Shown: positions 1-10,899 of the stretch, one piece after another
Position numbering within the stretch: the stretch's first letter is position 1
Layout: every line of letters starts with the position of its first letter
Source: Gallionella sp.
GTDB taxonomy: Bacteria; Pseudomonadota; Gammaproteobacteria; Burkholderiales; Gallionellaceae
Length of the DNA: 64,000 bases
NCBI GenBank assembly: GCA_025350705.1
Contig: JANXXH010000079.1
Span: 1,725 to 65,724, forward strand
Direction of reading: 5' to 3'
Made by a program: the position numbers and the translations under genes
The notes under the pieces: generated by a model
The model's input: only the letters and a program-made list of their open reading frames with translations
What the model was told of the DNA's origin: nothing
Database searches by the model: none

Positions 1-158
1 AGCCGCAATTCTGCGGGCGGTGATGTATTCAAAAAACTGCTCCGGTATACTGTATGTGATGCAGCCCGGATTCTATACTGCACGTTGGCGCCTTTGTCAT
101 TGTATGGATGATGTGGTTTAATTGGATAATATTCCACCGGTACAGGAGCACACTAACT

Positions 159-812
159 ATGAACCGCATACAAAACAACATTGTCGTTTATTTGGTTACT
201 GTCACTCTACTCACTGCCACGGCAGCTTTCGCCGCTGAGTCCCCTGATGTGATCAAGCAGCGCATAGGTACTGGCAATCCTGTCGCGGGCAAGACCCGAT
301 CAGAGTTGTGTCAGGGCTGTCACGGCGAGGTCGGACTCAGTCTGGAAGATTTGATTCCAAATCTTGCCGGACAATATGCCAACTATATCGCGAAGCAACT
401 GCGCAATTTTCAGACTGGGTCGCGCACGCATCAGATCATGAGCGCCATGGCGACGACCATTAACGATGCCCAGCTGATCGATATTGCGGCTTATTTTGCC
501 AGTCAGCCCAAGATGCATGGCAACGGCAAGGGAGACAACGCCGTTGCTAAGAATCTGTTCCTGAAAGGCGATGCAAAAAGGGGTATCCCCCCATGCATGA
601 GTTGTCATGGTGAAAACGGCAAGGGCAAAGCGCCTAACATTGCGACCTATCCGGTGATCGGCGGTCAGCACAAATCATACTTGCGGGCACAGCTCACGCA
701 TTGGCGCAGCGGCGAACGCAGCAACAGCCCGGACGGTGTGATGAACAAGGTCGCCAAATCTTTGACTGATCCAGAGATCGAAGCGTTGACGGATTATCTT
801 TCCGGTTTATAG
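159..812 (+). CDS. Di-heme cytochrome c4
   Basis: Signal peptide ending AFA, two CxxCH motifs (CQGCH, CMSCH), PNLAGQ/IGGQ motifs, distal Met residues; AGGAG upstream of ATG 159. Confidence 0.92.
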   Translation: MNRIQNNIVVYLVTVTLLTATAAFAAESPDVIKQRIGTGNPVAGKTRSELCQGCHGEVGLSLEDLIPNLAGQYANYIAKQLRNFQTGSRTHQIMSAMATTINDAQLIDIAAYFASQPKMHGNGKGDNAVAKNLFLKGDAKRGIPPCMSCHGENGKGKAPNIATYPVIGGQHKSYLRAQLTHWRSGERSNSPDGVMNKVAKSLTDPEIEALTDYLSGL

Positions 813-950
813 TTTGGCCGGCCTGTAGTTTGGCCGGCTCGTAGTCGAGCCGGGATGCCGTCTTGTCATGGCGCATCCTGTGCGCATCTGGCGCGCTTGC
901 GGCGATTGTCAGCTTTGTCATTGCTCGAGCGATGTGGTTTAATCCCTCCC

Positions 951-1823
951 ATGAAATTCCTCTTCAAAAACGTTGCGCTGATCGGTAAATACAAGGCTCC
1001 GGAAATCGCCGGGCCGTTGTTGCGGCTGGCTGAATTTTTGTTGTCCAAAGGTTTGACCGTGGTGGTGGATAGCCTGACCGCCGAACACATCAAGAACAAT
1101 CCATATCAGGCGATGAGTCTGGATGAGATCGGACGCACGGTTGATCTGGCGATCGTGCTGGGCGGCGATGGCACCATGTTGAACATCGCGCGCACCTTGT
1201 CGCCGTGCAAGATTCCGCTGATCGGGGTGAACCAGGGGCGGCTCGGATTCCTGACCGACCTCACGCTGGATAACATGCAGGACAGCATAGCGGCGATGCT
1301 GGATGGCAAGTTCGTCACCGAGGAGCGCCTGCTGCTTTGCGCGCGGGTGATACGCAACGATGTCGAAGTGTTCAGCGGCTCGGCGTTCAACGAGGTGGTG
1401 GTACACCGCAACAATATCAGCAGCATGATCGAGTTCGAAGTGCGCGTGGACGGCGAGTATGTCTACAACCAGCGCGCCGACGGGCTGATCATTGCGACCC
1501 CTACCGGTTCCACTGCCTATGCAATGTCTGCGGGCGGCCCGATACTGCATCCCAGCCTCGATGTGCTGGAGCTGGTTCCGATCTGCCCGCACACCTTGAG
1601 CAACCGGCCCATCGTGGTGAAGGGTTCGTCGGAGCTGGAGATACTGATGCATCGCACCAGCAACATTCGCGTGCGCTTCGATAGCCACACCAGCCATGAT
1701 TTGCAGTTGCATGACAAGGTCATCGTCTCGCGCCATCCTGAGGCAGTCTGCCTGTTGCATCCGGTGGGGCATAGCTATTACCACACGCTGCGCGAGAAGT
1801 TGCTCTGGAACCAGACTTTATAA
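951..1823 (+). CDS. nadK: NAD kinase
   Basis: GGDGT, NE and TPTGSTAY motifs; upstream of recN. Confidence 0.96.
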   Translation: MKFLFKNVALIGKYKAPEIAGPLLRLAEFLLSKGLTVVVDSLTAEHIKNNPYQAMSLDEIGRTVDLAIVLGGDGTMLNIARTLSPCKIPLIGVNQGRLGFLTDLTLDNMQDSIAAMLDGKFVTEERLLLCARVIRNDVEVFSGSAFNEVVVHRNNISSMIEFEVRVDGEYVYNQRADGLIIATPTGSTAYAMSAGGPILHPSLDVLELVPICPHTLSNRPIVVKGSSELEILMHRTSNIRVRFDSHTSHDLQLHDKVIVSRHPEAVCLLHPVGHSYYHTLREKLLWNQTL

Positions 1824-2010
1824 ATGACAACCTACTGTGCGACCAATCTGATGGAACTACTAGCCATTCCACTAGGCCGCCACAAAACGGCAACCAAGTG
1901 TCTCTGGTTATGCGGCGTTGCGTGCTCTCTTGCTCCTCGTCTACCAACATCGGTATGCCTCGTCGCGCGTTGCGCGGCGCCTTGCATCTTGGCCTGCTCG
2001 TGACGGTTGT
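1824..2010. repeat. Composite MITE-like repeat: module A (1848-1911) nested in module B
   Basis: CTGATGGAACTACTAGCCATTCCACTAGGCC recurs at 54919; GCGGCGTTGCG..GCTCCTCG..TCGGTATG..GCGCCTTGC recurs at 40186; ends ACAACC/GGTTGT. Confidence 0.8.
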
Positions 2011-2023
2011 TGGAGAAAGGTAG

Positions 2024-3685
2024 ATGCTGAAATTTTTGTCCATCCGCGATTTCGTCATCGTCTCCTCGCTTGAGCTGGATTTCTCCGCCGGATTTACCGC
2101 GCTGACCGGCGAGACCGGCGCTGGCAAATCAATCTTGATCGACGCGTTGTCGCTGGCACTTGGCGAGCGTGGCGATGCGACCATGGTACGCAATGATTGC
2201 GAGCGTGCCGAGATCGCCGCCGAATTCGATGTGAGCGCGCTGCCGCACATGCAGAACTGGCTGCAAGAACAAGAGCTGGAAGGCGATCAGGGCGTATGCC
2301 TGCTGCGTCGAGTGCTGGATGCCGGGGGACGCTCGCGCGGTTTCATCAACGGGCGCAGTGCCACACTGCAACAGATGCGCGAAGCAGGCGATCAGTTGCT
2401 GGATATCCACGGGCAGCATGCACATCAATCGCTGGTGCGCCCCGATGCACAGCGCATGTTGCTGGATGGTTATGCTGGCATGACTGACAGCGCGGAAAAA
2501 GTCGCAGCCTTGTATCGCGAGTGGCAAACCTTGCGCCGCCGCCGCATCAGTTTGAGCGAGAATGCCGATGCAATGACCGCCGAGCGCGAGTTGTTGCAGT
2601 TCCAGTGCAACGAGATGGAAAGGCTGGGCTTTAATGTGGCGGACTGGAATGCCTTGCAGGAAGACTATGCGCGCTTGGCCCATGCGGCGAGCCTGTTGGA
2701 GACTGCGGCGTTCGGCATCGAAACCTTGAGCGAGGCGGACACTGCGTGTCTGGCGCAACTCAACGCGCTGACGGTGCGCATTCGCGACGGCATGCAGCAC
2801 GATGCAAGCCTGGGTGAAACACTTAAGATGTTGGAAAGTGCTCAGGCCGAATTGCAGGAAGCCGTATATGCGCTGCGCCATTATCAGCAACGTCTGGATA
2901 CCGACCCGCAACGCTTGCGCGAACAGGAACAACGTATCCAGAGCGTGATGGATGCCGCACGCAAATATCGCGTCGCACCGGAGCAACTGGATCAGGCGTT
3001 GCAGCGCATCGTGGCGCGTCTGGAAGAGTTGGGCGGCGATGCTGATCTGGCCGAGCTGGAGCAGCAGGAAAAAACCGCACAGCAAAATTATCTTGCAGCC
3101 GCGCAAAAATTATCGGCAGCACGAAAAAGATCCGCAGACAAATTATCGCGTGAGATCAGCGAGGCGTTGCAGACCTTGGCGATGCAGGGTGGCAGTTTTG
3201 CGGTGGCATTGCTGCCGCTGGCCGAAGGTAATGCCTACGGACTGGAAGCTGTAGAGTTCCAGGTCGCCGCCAATCCCGGCGTGCCGCCGCGCAGCTTGGC
3301 CAAGGTCGCATCGGGTGGCGAGTTGTCGCGCATCAGCCTGGCGATCCAGGTTGCGACCTCGAAGATCGCCAGTGTGCCGACGCTGATCTTCGATGAAGTG
3401 GACAGCGGCATCGGCGGGCGAGTCGCTGAGATCATCGGGCACTTGCTGAAAAAACTGGGCAAGTCCTATCAGGTATTGTGTGTTACGCATTTGCCTCAGG
3501 TTGCAGCAGCGGCTGACCAGCAGTGGCAAGTGAGCAAGGCAGTGGAAAATGGTGTCACACTGAGCCATATCACCGTGTTGAATATTGAGCAGCGTGTTGA
3601 GGAAATTGCGCGCATGCTGGGCGGCGTGAAGATCACCGAGACTACACGGAAACACGCGGCCGAAATGTTGAGCGCGTCAGCTTGA
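2024..3685 (+). CDS. recN: DNA repair protein RecN
   Basis: GETGAGKS Walker A, coiled coil, SGGE signature, FDEVD Walker B. Confidence 0.97.
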   Translation: MLKFLSIRDFVIVSSLELDFSAGFTALTGETGAGKSILIDALSLALGERGDATMVRNDCERAEIAAEFDVSALPHMQNWLQEQELEGDQGVCLLRRVLDAGGRSRGFINGRSATLQQMREAGDQLLDIHGQHAHQSLVRPDAQRMLLDGYAGMTDSAEKVAALYREWQTLRRRRISLSENADAMTAERELLQFQCNEMERLGFNVADWNALQEDYARLAHAASLLETAAFGIETLSEADTACLAQLNALTVRIRDGMQHDASLGETLKMLESAQAELQEAVYALRHYQQRLDTDPQRLREQEQRIQSVMDAARKYRVAPEQLDQALQRIVARLEELGGDADLAELEQQEKTAQQNYLAAAQKLSAARKRSADKLSREISEALQTLAMQGGSFAVALLPLAEGNAYGLEAVEFQVAANPGVPPRSLAKVASGGELSRISLAIQVATSKIASVPTLIFDEVDSGIGGRVAEIIGHLLKKLGKSYQVLCVTHLPQVAAAADQQWQVSKAVENGVTLSHITVLNIEQRVEEIARMLGGVKITETTRKHAAEMLSASA

Positions 3686-3721
3686 GTTATGATGCATTGG
3701 ATTTGAATATCGATTAGGAAT

Positions 3722-4075
3722 GTGATGCGTATCAAAATTATTTTGCTTGCTGTGATTTTGCTTTCCCCGGTGCTGTCCTCGTGCGGCCTATACAAGATGG
3801 ACATTCGACAGGGGAATCTTGTGACACCGGATATGCGCGAGAAGATTAAGGTTGGCATGACAAAACAGCAGGTGCGTTATGTGCTGGGCACCCCGATGAT
3901 CAACGATGCATTTCATGGCAACCGCTGGGATTATGCGTATCGTCTGGAACACCAGGGAAAAATGACCGAGAAGCAAGACCTGACAATTTATTTCGAGGGC
4001 GACAATCTGACGCGCATAGTTGATGGCAACCAACCTGCTGAAACTGCGCCTAAGCGCGCAGAAGCTCAAAAGTAA
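3722..4075 (+). CDS. bamE: Outer membrane assembly lipoprotein BamE (SmpA/OmlA)
   Basis: Lipobox LSSC, QGN, GMTKQQVRYVLGTP, RWDY. Confidence 0.94.
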   Translation: MMRIKIILLAVILLSPVLSSCGLYKMDIRQGNLVTPDMREKIKVGMTKQQVRYVLGTPMINDAFHGNRWDYAYRLEHQGKMTEKQDLTIYFEGDNLTRIVDGNQPAETAPKRAEAQK

Positions 4076-4083
4076 AAGGATAG

Positions 4084-4893
<810 letters not shown>

Positions 4894-4934
4894 ATTAGAC
4901 TCCGACACCTTTCGCTCGGACACCTTTCGCTCGC

Positions 4935-5109
4935 GAAGGTGCCCGGCAGCAACTGTCGCTGCAAATCCACCACCAAAAAGCGCGGGCTGGTGTCTATGTG
5001 CTTGTATCGGGCCATTTCAGTCTCCATTGTTCTATCCAGCAGTTTGACCTTGATATTTGACTTGGTTCGATGCAGGATGCGCGAATGGATAGACTTTTTC
5101 TACAGCCTC
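4935..5109 (-). mobile_element. Truncated IS1182-like element (one end plus ~27 transposase codons)
   Basis: Minus-strand MARYKHIDTSPRFLVVDLQRQLLPGTF from 5015 resembles IS1182-family N-termini; end sequence GAGGCTGTAGAAAAAGTC (5092-5109); breaks off at a 15-bp tandem duplication (4904-4933). Confidence 0.65.
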
Positions 5110-5852
5110 GTTAGGCCTCACGCAATGACAGCCTCGCACCGCACCGCCGAAGAAGCCAAGGCCGAGCACATTCGTTTGATGGGCGATGAGCTTGGAACCA
5201 TCTATTCTGCGCTTTGGCAAGAGGTCGCTTGGGTATACGGTAAGTGGTCCGACTTCGTTGCCCTGTTCGGAACGAAGGAGTCACGGGTCGACCTTCTGAA
5301 CGCCGCGGCGCCTGCGTTCTGCAGACTTGTTCAGGACTCCATCTGGGAGAACGTCCTTCTGCATATTGCTCGGCTAACAGACCCACCAGCCACCGCGAAG
5401 AAGCAGAACCTGACGATCCAGCGACTACCAGCACTGATTGATCGAGCCAACTCAAAAGCAACGGTCAGCTCCAAAGTTCAGGACGCCTTGCAAGCTAGTG
5501 CTTTTGCTCGGGACTGGAGAAACCGCCATATCGCCCACAGCGATCTCGACCTCAAGGTCTCGGAAACAGCGAAGCCACTCGAGTTTGCTTCTCGCCAAAG
5601 CGTCAATCTGGCGCTCGCAGCTCTATCCGACGTGCTCAACGCCGTAGCGGCGGAGTACTTGGATTCGTCCAGCTTCTTCGACACACTTGACGGTGACGCC
5701 CTAGCACTGCTCTACGTGATTGATGACGGGCTTCGCGCTGATGCACAACGACGGCAACGTCTAAGGGACGGCATCTATGACCCTGATGCATTCAAGCCTC
5801 GTGACCTGTAGCCCAGTGAGGCCTACTCCTTCGCTCAGCTCAAACGTTAGCA
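5110..5852 (+). mobile_element. Orphan integron-type gene cassette with degenerate attC
   Basis: Begins GTTAGGCCTCAC (5110); near-complement GTGAGGCCTAC at 5816-5826 just after the stop; GCTCAGCTCAAACGTTAGCA at 5833-5852; no room for a promoter before the ORF. Confidence 0.72.
5125..5811 (+). CDS. HEPN-domain protein (AbiU2-like putative RNase)
   Basis: RNRHIAH (R-x4-6-H) motif, RLTD..K.NLTI segment, predicted helical; 228 aa from ATG 5125. Confidence 0.7.
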   Translation: MTASHRTAEEAKAEHIRLMGDELGTIYSALWQEVAWVYGKWSDFVALFGTKESRVDLLNAAAPAFCRLVQDSIWENVLLHIARLTDPPATAKKQNLTIQRLPALIDRANSKATVSSKVQDALQASAFARDWRNRHIAHSDLDLKVSETAKPLEFASRQSVNLALAALSDVLNAVAAEYLDSSSFFDTLDGDALALLYVIDDGLRADAQRRQRLRDGIYDPDAFKPRDL

Positions 5853-5855
5853 AGC

Positions 5856-5923
5856 GTAGCCCGCATGAAACACTGTGAAATGCGGGGAATTCCCGGATTC
5901 CACTAAAGCTGCATCCGGGCTAC
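5856..5923. repeat. GTAG-type REP doublet
   Basis: GTAGCCCG...CGGGCTAC inverted ends with internal hairpins. Confidence 0.75.
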
Positions 5924-5984
5924 ATGGCTGAACAATATGACACGAGTCTAACGGCACCTGAGTCAAATTGATTTTGCCCGGTCA

Positions 5985-6518
5985 CTATGACACCAGCATT
6001 TTGATCCCGATCAAGATCAGTACCACCCCGCCAAAGATTTCTGCCTTGCCCTCCAGCCAGGTGCCGCTGCGCTTGCCGATGACGACACCCAGCCAACTGA
6101 ACGCGAAAGTCGTGACGCCGATGATCGTGCAGGCGAGGTAAACATTGACATCGAGCAGCGTCAGGCTGAAGCCGGCGGCCATCGCGTCGATGCTGGTGGC
6201 GATGGCGAGCAGCAGCATGACCTTGTGGGTGATCGCGGCGATGTCTTCCTCGATGCCTTCGCTGAGTCCTTCGTAGATCATCTTGCCGCCGATCAGCGCG
6301 AGCAGGCCGAAGGCGATCCAGTGCGACCAGGCTTCGACCCAGCCCAGCAGGCCACGGCCAGCCAGGTAGCCGATGAAGGGCATCAGTGCCTGGAAGCTGC
6401 CGAAGTACAGTCCGGCCTTGAGTCCGAGTCCGCGCGCATCGCCTTTAGAGCCGAGGCCGATGGAGACGGCGAAGGCGTCCATGCTCAACGCGATGGCCAA
6501 TACGATCACTTCTATCAT
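5985..6518 (-). CDS. mntP: Manganese efflux pump MntP
   Basis: [10 protein letters not shown] and [10 protein letters not shown] repeated motifs, multiple TM helices. Confidence 0.93.
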   Translation of the reverse strand: MIEVIVLAIALSMDAFAVSIGLGSKGDARGLGLKAGLYFGSFQALMPFIGYLAGRGLLGWVEAWSHWIAFGLLALIGGKMIYEGLSEGIEEDIAAITHKVMLLLAIATSIDAMAAGFSLTLLDVNVYLACTIIGVTTFAFSWLGVVIGKRSGTWLEGKAEIFGGVVLILIGIKMLVS

Positions 6519-6631
6519 CTGGTGCTTTCCTGAATATCCGGTCAGAATGCGAAGGGGTATTGTAGCGTGCATGTGTTTTGGTTTTTGGACGAGGTGATTA
6601 GGGATTGGGGATGAGGCTGGGATGCTTGGAG

Positions 6632-9553
6632 ATGTTACGTCACGTCGTAAGACTGCTTGCGTTGTTGTGTCTGCTGCACTTGCCCATCTCTTATGCGAAG
6701 ACCGATCCGTCATTTTCCTGGATGACGCTGACCTCGCCGCATTTCCTGATCCACTATCATCAGGGCGAAGAGCAGCTCGCGCAGCGCGCGGCAGTGATCG
6801 CTGAAGATGTGCATACCCGATTGGTGCCGCTCATGAAATCGCAGCCGCATACGCGCACCCATATTGTCCTGGTCGATGCGATGGATGATGCCAATGGATC
6901 GGCTACGCCGCTACCCTATAATCTGATTACGCTTTACATCACCCAGCCGTTCGGCGAATCCATCTTCGGCGCAGGCAACTATGACGACTGGATGCGGCTG
7001 TTGATCACCCACGAATACACTCACATCGTCCAGCTCGACATGGTGAACAGCCTGCCGGAAGTGTTGAGCAATATTTTCGGCAACCTGTATTTCCCCAACA
7101 TGTTCCAGCCGGTCTGGCTGATCGAAGGTCTGGCGGTCTACGAAGAGACCGAATTGACCGGCGGCGGCCGCAACCGCTCGCCCGCATCAGACATGGTGTT
7201 GCGCATGGCAGTGCTGGAGAACAATTTTCCCGACATCAGTCATGCGGCGAACTACGCCGAAAAGTGGCCGGCTGGCGAAGTACCCTACTTGTTCGGGGGC
7301 AGCTTTACCGCTTTCATTGCAAAGAAATACGGACGCGAAAAATTGGCCGACCTGTCGATAGACTACAGCGGACGCTGGTGGCCTTTTCTGGTGAACGGCA
7401 CGGCACAACGCGTGCTGCATAGCGGGTACGGCGAGTTGTGGGACGAATGGAAAAGCGAGCTGACGAGGCGTTATGACGCGGACAAGCAGAAAGTGCTGGC
7501 ACAGGGCTTGAGCGCATCGCGCGCGCTGACCCCGAATGGATTCAACAAGGGCGGTTACGAAAATCTCGCGCCTGCGATCTCCCCGGATGGCAAACAGATC
7601 GCTTATTTCGTACAGAACGCCGATTTACACCCCGCGATCCACCTGATGAACATCGACGGCAGCGCCGACCGCAAGCTCGTCGATAATATCAATTCTTCGG
7701 CACCGGGCATCGCCTGGAGAGCGGATGAAAAGGGTTTCTACTACACCAAGATCGAGGTGGTGCGTAACACCGATCTCTACAACGACATCTATTTTTACGA
7801 TCTGGAACACCGCAAGGAGATACGCCTCACCACGCGTCTGCGTGCGCGCGATCCTGCTCCGTCGCCGGATGGTACCAGGCTGGTATTCGTGACCAATGGC
7901 CTCGGCAAGACGCGAATCGCGACGATGCCGCTAGCGCCGGAAATGATCACAGCAAAACCGGCACGTGCAGAGGACATCAGCTGGCTGACTGAAGACAGCG
8001 AGTACCAGTTCGAAACCCCGCGCTTCAGCCCCGACGGGCAGATGATCGCCGTCGGCGTCAGGCAGCCGGACGGTTACAAGGATATCTGGATACTCGATAG
8101 ACTGGGTAACAAGATCGAAGAGCTGATGCACGACCGCGCCATCGACGGCGGTGCGGTGTGGAGTGCGGACGGCCGCAGCATTTATTTCTCCTCGGACCGC
8201 AGCGGCATTTTCAATATTTATGTATATGACCTCGATCACAAGCAGATATCGCAGGTCAGCAATGTGCTCGGCGGCGCTTTCATGCCATCGGTCACACCGG
8301 ACGGCAGCTCGATCGCGTTTGCGGATTACAGTTCACGCGGTTTCGACATACACGTGATGGACAACCAGCCAGCGATCCGAAAAGTGGCGGACAGCTATCG
8401 CGATCCATATCCGGTGATGACGTATGAGGAGAAGGCGGTTGAGACAGAGCTGAGCTCGTACAATCCCTTGCCGACGCTGGCTCCGCGTTTGTGGTTGCCC
8501 AACTTTGGTTACAGCTCCTATAGCGGCATGCTGGGCGGCCTGTTTACCTTTGGCGCCGATGCGGTGGAGCGCCATAGCTATACCTTGAGCGCGATGTATG
8601 GTCCGTCGAAACACCGAACCTGGTATGACTTCAATTACCGCTACGATGGCATGTTCCCGAGCTTGAAATTGCGCGCGCAGGATATCGACATGACTTATGC
8701 GCATCTTCTTTCGCAGAAGCAGGGTTTCATCGCCGAGGCAGATTATGTCGAGCGATCCCGCAGGCTCGATGCTGCGCTGGTTTTTCCATTGCACAAGATC
8801 GACTGGCAACAGGATTTGACCTTTGGCTTGCAGCGCAAAAGCGTATCGAATCTCACCCCGGTGCCGCCCTGGAGCGGCTATGACGGGACGATTCCGGCGC
8901 AGGGCATACAGGCTTCCGGGAGGCTAAGTTACCTTTTCAATAATGCCAAGACCTATGGCTATTCGATCAGCCCGGAAGATGGCCGCAATATCGAATTCGG
9001 CTACGAGCAACTCGATAAAAAACTCGGCAGCGATTTCAACCTGAAAAAATACAGTGTCGATTGGCATGAATATATCGATTTCCCATTCAAACACCATGTG
9101 CTGTTGCTGCGCGGCTATGCGGGAAAATCGACCGGCGATGTCCTTGCGCAGCGCGCCTTCCAATTGGGCGGAGACATGCCCGGCGACATGACCATCAACG
9201 TGGAGGACAACAACGTCTATTTGCGCGGTTATCCGGCCAATGAATACCGCAGTCAGAAAGTCGGGCTCGCTAGTGCGGAATACCGCTTCCCGATCAAAAA
9301 TATTGAATGGGGAGGCGGTAATACTCCGTTCTTCTTCAAGCGGGTGCACGGCGCCGTGTTTGCCGAAGCCGGCAATGCATGGGACGATGTCTTTGACCAG
9401 AAGGATCTAAAGAAGTCGGTGGGTGTCGAAGCAAGGCTGGACATGACGCTGGCCTATTTCCTGCCGGTCACCGTGCGATTGGGCCTTGCCAAGGCGCTCG
9501 ACGACAAGCGTGACACAATGATGATCGTCAGCATCTGGGCGGAATTATTTTAG
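6632..9553 (+). CDS. Exported zincin peptidase-like + TolB/PD40 propeller + Omp85/BamA-like barrel fusion
   Basis: Signal peptide, HEYTH..WLIEGLA, repeated SPDG motifs, YLRGY and AEYRFP barrel motifs, C-terminal F. Confidence 0.75.
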   Translation: MLRHVVRLLALLCLLHLPISYAKTDPSFSWMTLTSPHFLIHYHQGEEQLAQRAAVIAEDVHTRLVPLMKSQPHTRTHIVLVDAMDDANGSATPLPYNLITLYITQPFGESIFGAGNYDDWMRLLITHEYTHIVQLDMVNSLPEVLSNIFGNLYFPNMFQPVWLIEGLAVYEETELTGGGRNRSPASDMVLRMAVLENNFPDISHAANYAEKWPAGEVPYLFGGSFTAFIAKKYGREKLADLSIDYSGRWWPFLVNGTAQRVLHSGYGELWDEWKSELTRRYDADKQKVLAQGLSASRALTPNGFNKGGYENLAPAISPDGKQIAYFVQNADLHPAIHLMNIDGSADRKLVDNINSSAPGIAWRADEKGFYYTKIEVVRNTDLYNDIYFYDLEHRKEIRLTTRLRARDPAPSPDGTRLVFVTNGLGKTRIATMPLAPEMITAKPARAEDISWLTEDSEYQFETPRFSPDGQMIAVGVRQPDGYKDIWILDRLGNKIEELMHDRAIDGGAVWSADGRSIYFSSDRSGIFNIYVYDLDHKQISQVSNVLGGAFMPSVTPDGSSIAFADYSSRGFDIHVMDNQPAIRKVADSYRDPYPVMTYEEKAVETELSSYNPLPTLAPRLWLPNFGYSSYSGMLGGLFTFGADAVERHSYTLSAMYGPSKHRTWYDFNYRYDGMFPSLKLRAQDIDMTYAHLLSQKQGFIAEADYVERSRRLDAALVFPLHKIDWQQDLTFGLQRKSVSNLTPVPPWSGYDGTIPAQGIQASGRLSYLFNNAKTYGYSISPEDGRNIEFGYEQLDKKLGSDFNLKKYSVDWHEYIDFPFKHHVLLLRGYAGKSTGDVLAQRAFQLGGDMPGDMTINVEDNNVYLRGYPANEYRSQKVGLASAEYRFPIKNIEWGGGNTPFFFKRVHGAVFAEAGNAWDDVFDQKDLKKSVGVEARLDMTLAYFLPVTVRLGLAKALDDKRDTMMIVSIWAELF

Positions 9554-9613
9554 TGCTCAGGCGGAACGCGCTTCTGGGTGGCGGGATATCTTGTTCCATA
9601 AATCCGGATCATG

Positions 9614-9997
9614 TCAGTTCCAAAATAGCCACGGGTTGTGAGTGATGGCGACCAGCACGATATAGCCGAACACCAGTTGTGCCATGATCCATGCGGTGAG
9701 GCGAACGGTTTTGCTTCGTCCGAATCTGAAAGCAACCAAGCCCAGCACGACATACAGCAACAGCGCGAGCACTTTGGTGGTCAGCCAGGCATCCACAAAA
9801 GGATATTGGCGGATGCTGAATGCCAGCGCTGAGGCTGAGACGATCAGCAGCGTATCCACCACATGCGGCACAATCTTGATCCAGCGCCGGCTCATGATGG
9901 CCGAGCCACTCAGGCTCCATATGCCGCGCAAAAAAAACAGCATAAAGCTGCCTGCCACGCTGGAGATGTGTAAGGCTTTGAGCAACAAAACACTCAT
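9614..9997 (-). CDS. SirB2-family membrane protein
   Basis: KALH, PHVVDTLL, WLTTK motifs; 4 TM segments. Confidence 0.85.
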   Translation of the reverse strand: MSVLLLKALHISSVAGSFMLFFLRGIWSLSGSAIMSRRWIKIVPHVVDTLLIVSASALAFSIRQYPFVDAWLTTKVLALLLYVVLGLVAFRFGRSKTVRLTAWIMAQLVFGYIVLVAITHNPWLFWN

Positions 9998-10132
9998 GCC
10001 AGGCCTTTTTTAATGTATCTGGGTGTATGGCGATAATCAGGGATGCCGGTGTAGGCCGAATAATCCATTAGTACCTCCTGTTGCAGCAGCTGCAACGTGT
10101 TCTTGACAATTGGTTGCTTTAAGCGTATTTAT

Positions 10133-10155
10133 AATATGTATTCTATCTGTATGTT
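10133..10155. promoter_or_regulatory. NsrR-like box between sirB2 and the eNOR operon
   Basis: AATATGTATTC-T-ATCTGTATGTT resembles the 11-1-11 AANATGCATTT consensus; overlaps TATAAT at 10130-10135. Confidence 0.5.
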
Positions 10156-10396
10156 CAGGTTGAATCGACAGGTTTTCATGGAGTTGCTTTTACAGGCGGA
10201 AAGAAAGAATATGATATCCCTGAAATCAAAAATGGTTTTGGTTAAACTTTTTTGTTTTCTGTGCACCCAGTTTGATTTTAGATGTACTCTTTTTAAACAG
10301 GGCGAAGCACGCGAGCATATCTGAATTATCTTATGCTCAATTGCGCTGGGAATATGTAAATCCGTTAATAACAGATAATAAGCGGGAGATTACATA

Positions 10397-10540
10397 ATGG
10401 AATTATTCAAATCCGGGAACGAGTCCGCTTCCTTCATGCAGCAGATGCTGCACAATAAATTTTTTCTTTTGACTGTGGTGCTGGCCGTTTGCGCAGCGCT
10501 ATATTTATTTGTCGGCCTTTTCGTGCTGCTCGGCCATTAA
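10397..10540 (+). CDS. 47-aa single-TM peptide, paralog of 10708-10860
   Basis: GGGAG RBS; MELFKSGNESASFMQQMLHNKFFLLTVVLAVCAALYLFVGLFVLLGH; below ORF-track cutoff. Confidence 0.6.
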   Translation: MELFKSGNESASFMQQMLHNKFFLLTVVLAVCAALYLFVGLFVLLGH

Positions 10541-10707
10541 TTATCACATTGCAAGATTCTTGAAGTAGCTTTATTGCGGTAGCAGCTGTTTGCAACACAA
10601 TTAGAGTTAGATAGTAAGGAATATCAGCTGTCGTTCAATTATTGATTTGATTCTCGTATCAACCATCAATGGCGTCAGCCATCAATTGTTAAGGGAAGGA
10701 GCAAGCA

Positions 10708-10860
10708 ATGTCAGAGTCTACCAATAATACAAATCCTCATTTCATGCAAAAGGTGCTGGATAACAACTGGCTGTTGTTAGCCTTGGGCGTATTGACACCT
10801 ACAGTGCTGTATATCCTGTGGGGCCTGTGGGATGTGATCCACATACCAATGATTCCTTAA
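10708..10860 (+). CDS. 50-aa single-TM small subunit candidate of the eNOR complex
   Basis: AAGGAG RBS; MSESTNNTNPHFMQKVLDNNWLLLALGVLTPTVLYILWGLWDVIHIPMIP; directly before subunit II. Confidence 0.75.
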   Translation: MSESTNNTNPHFMQKVLDNNWLLLALGVLTPTVLYILWGLWDVIHIPMIP

Positions 10861-10899
10861 GATCACCATGTTTTCTTAATACAAAAAGGAGAAGCAGCT

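Noticed and set aside
2129-3106. Long antisense ORFs, for example here and at 39082-40065
   Set aside because: Shadows of well-supported genes in GC-rich DNA; no motifs
4939-5124. N-terminal extension of the 290-aa ORF
   Set aside because: Runs antisense through the IS remnant and across the cassette boundary; ATG 5125 is more plausible
10103-10135. Perfect TTGACA and TATAAT hexamers
   Set aside because: 21-bp spacing is too long for one sigma-70 promoter
10647-10662. Possible FNR/DNR box TTGAT..ATCAA upstream of eNOR
   Set aside because: Spacer is 6 nt, not the canonical 4
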